From assembly GCF_033153115.1 (NCBI RefSeq), contig NW_026889765.1, forward strand, positions 28,396,001 through 28,460,000: a stretch of 64,000 bases of DNA, given 5' to 3'. This stretch comes from Saccostrea echinata. Its lineage: Eukaryota. The position numbers were made by a program, and so were the translations under genes. Below are positions 63,696 through 64,000 of this stretch, piece by piece. Numbering within the stretch: the stretch's first letter is position 1; each line of letters opens with the position of its first letter. Under the pieces are notes generated by a model, which saw only the letters and a program-made list of their open reading frames with translations, was not told the origin of the DNA and made no database searches.

Positions 63696-63890
63696 ATGGC
63701 TTCCTCGGGGAATTACTTTTACTATTCTCCATCTGATGTGTGTGTTCCAGCCGTAGTTAACCTAGTACAGGATCAGTTCTCTGTGGATTCTAGCTGGATG
63801 GCTGGTGCCTTTTTCCTGGGTTTATTTTTGGGTGCTCTGCTCACAGCAATATGTGTCCCATTTTGCCTGAAGGATCTGGAGAAGAAAAAA
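63696..63890 (+). CDS. EVC: First coding exon of a probable Ellis-van Creveld protein (EVC); gene continues off the right edge
   Basis: MASSGNYFYYSPSDVCVPAVVNLVQDQFSVDSSWMAGAFFLGLFLGALLTAICVPFCLKDLEKKK is an N-terminal signal-anchor with the C-x5-6-L-x3-D..A-xx-LG-xx-LG pattern of EVC. Its divergent position next to EVC2 supports the call. Donor AAA|GTAAAA. Only 65 aa are visible. Confidence 0.62.
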
Positions 63891-64000
63891 GTAAAAGTTT
63901 GCTTGTCTCTCTGTTCATTTTGTGCTGTGAATCATTGAATAAAAAATGTCTATATCCAATCTAAAATGATGTGCATTAACAGATCTATGCACTTTTACTT

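Overview
This is AT-rich, intron-rich animal DNA, not a prokaryotic accessory region. It most likely comes from an oyster or related bivalve, inferred from Helentron/HINE elements carrying ~166-bp satellite arrays and a V-type tRNA-SINE. Genes were rebuilt by hand from splice sites and reading phase: (1) the 5' part of a GDPD5/GDE2-like gene (minus strand, running off the left edge); (2) an 806-aa protein with 11 C2H2 zinc fingers; (3) a 5-exon, 233-aa CAP-Gly protein; (4) a convergent 6-exon, 237-aa orphan secreted helical protein that needs a GC-AG intron; (5) a class A GPCR followed by its decayed tandem duplicate; (6) a 29-exon, ~1294-aa EVC2/limbin orthologue (minus); and (7) the first coding exon of a probable EVC gene, head-to-head with EVC2. 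The remainder is dense with non-autonomous transposons, several with clear TSDs, plus a LINE relic and two N gaps. There is no CRISPR array or intact rRNA/tRNA gene. The best leads are the EVC2-EVC divergent pair, a tandem array of about 10 duplicated splice acceptors in an EVC2 intron, stacked uORFs in the GDPD5 leader, the CAP-Gly GKNDG>GENDG change, the orphan secreted protein and a perfect 70-bp palindrome. All homology calls are from recalled family motifs; no database search was run.
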